Assembly (NCBI RefSeq): GCF_964355755.1
Contig: NC_092673.1
Coordinates: 25,293,648 to 25,357,647 of the forward strand
Length of the DNA stretch: 64,000 bases
Direction of reading: 5' to 3'
Source: Antedon mediterranea
Lineage: Eukaryota; Animalia; Echinodermata
Below, one piece after another: positions 14,481 to 64,000 of this stretch; position 1 is the first letter of the stretch, and each line of letters starts with the position of its first letter. A program made the position numbers and the translations under genes. The notes under the pieces were generated by a model, which saw only the letters and a program-made list of their open reading frames with translations, made no database searches and was not told the origin of the DNA.

Positions 14481-14994
14481 TTGTGTACATCATTTGATTT
14501 CGAACATATAAACCCTAACATAGCACAGCATAACTGCACAGAATATGGCACCTGCATTAGCAAAGAAATTGCATTCTCATACAAAAACAAAATTGAATGG
14601 GTTTACACTCAAATTTAATAAAGAAATACAGATAGTATTACGAAGTAACCACCTCGAAAAAAATGATATAATAATAGTATTAATATCATTCAAATGTTCA
14701 AATCAAAAATTGTACATCATTAAGAGCCAGTATCAACTTGTTTGATTATAAAAAGGAAAGTTTCTCTTTAATTTTAAACCACATTGGTTGATTTTACAAA
14801 TATGAATACAGTATAGTGTAGAAAACAAAATTAAAGTAAGTAAACAAAAGTATATAATCTTAAAGACTATCTTATACAAAACTACAAAATATTTCCAAAA
14901 AATTGTTTTCCAAAAAAAAAGTATAAACATCAACTTTCACACTGGCGAAAAGTGATGAGGTAGATAGTTTTCTTTTCAACCTTGTAAGTTAGAG

Positions 14995-63913
<48,919 letters not shown>

Positions 63914-64000
63914 CTTGATAAAAACATAAAATAAGTAAAAGACCATGTTCATGAATACACCATTCTGATTGGCTAGTCTAAACTCTCTCGCTCTTGCTCA

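Overview
AT-rich animal (probably marine invertebrate) genomic DNA. (1) 0.8-9.4 kb is a pile of decayed LINEs: a Tx1/L1-clade element whose ORF1 is split by a near-full-length CR1-group LINE, plus a 5'-truncated RTE-X-like RT. (2) A minus-strand PHIP/BRWD-family gene can be spliced by hand through 19 GT-AG exons (63913 to 14995, about 1440 codons, all phases compatible). It is atypical: the Tudor-like domain and first bromodomain are missing, and about 590 aa of low-complexity sequence sits where the WD40 repeats should be. (3) Its inferred 36.5-kb intron is filled by what looks like a 1.5-kb satellite but is a Russian-doll stack of 19 non-autonomous Helentron/Helitron2-type elements. Each is inserted into the T-rich tract just inside the 5' end of an earlier copy, so the ends pair largely like nested brackets. 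The stack is further invaded by two canonical Helitrons and a 3.6-kb TIR transposon. MITEs, tRNA-SINEs and minisatellites are scattered elsewhere. All coordinates were read by eye and no searches were run.
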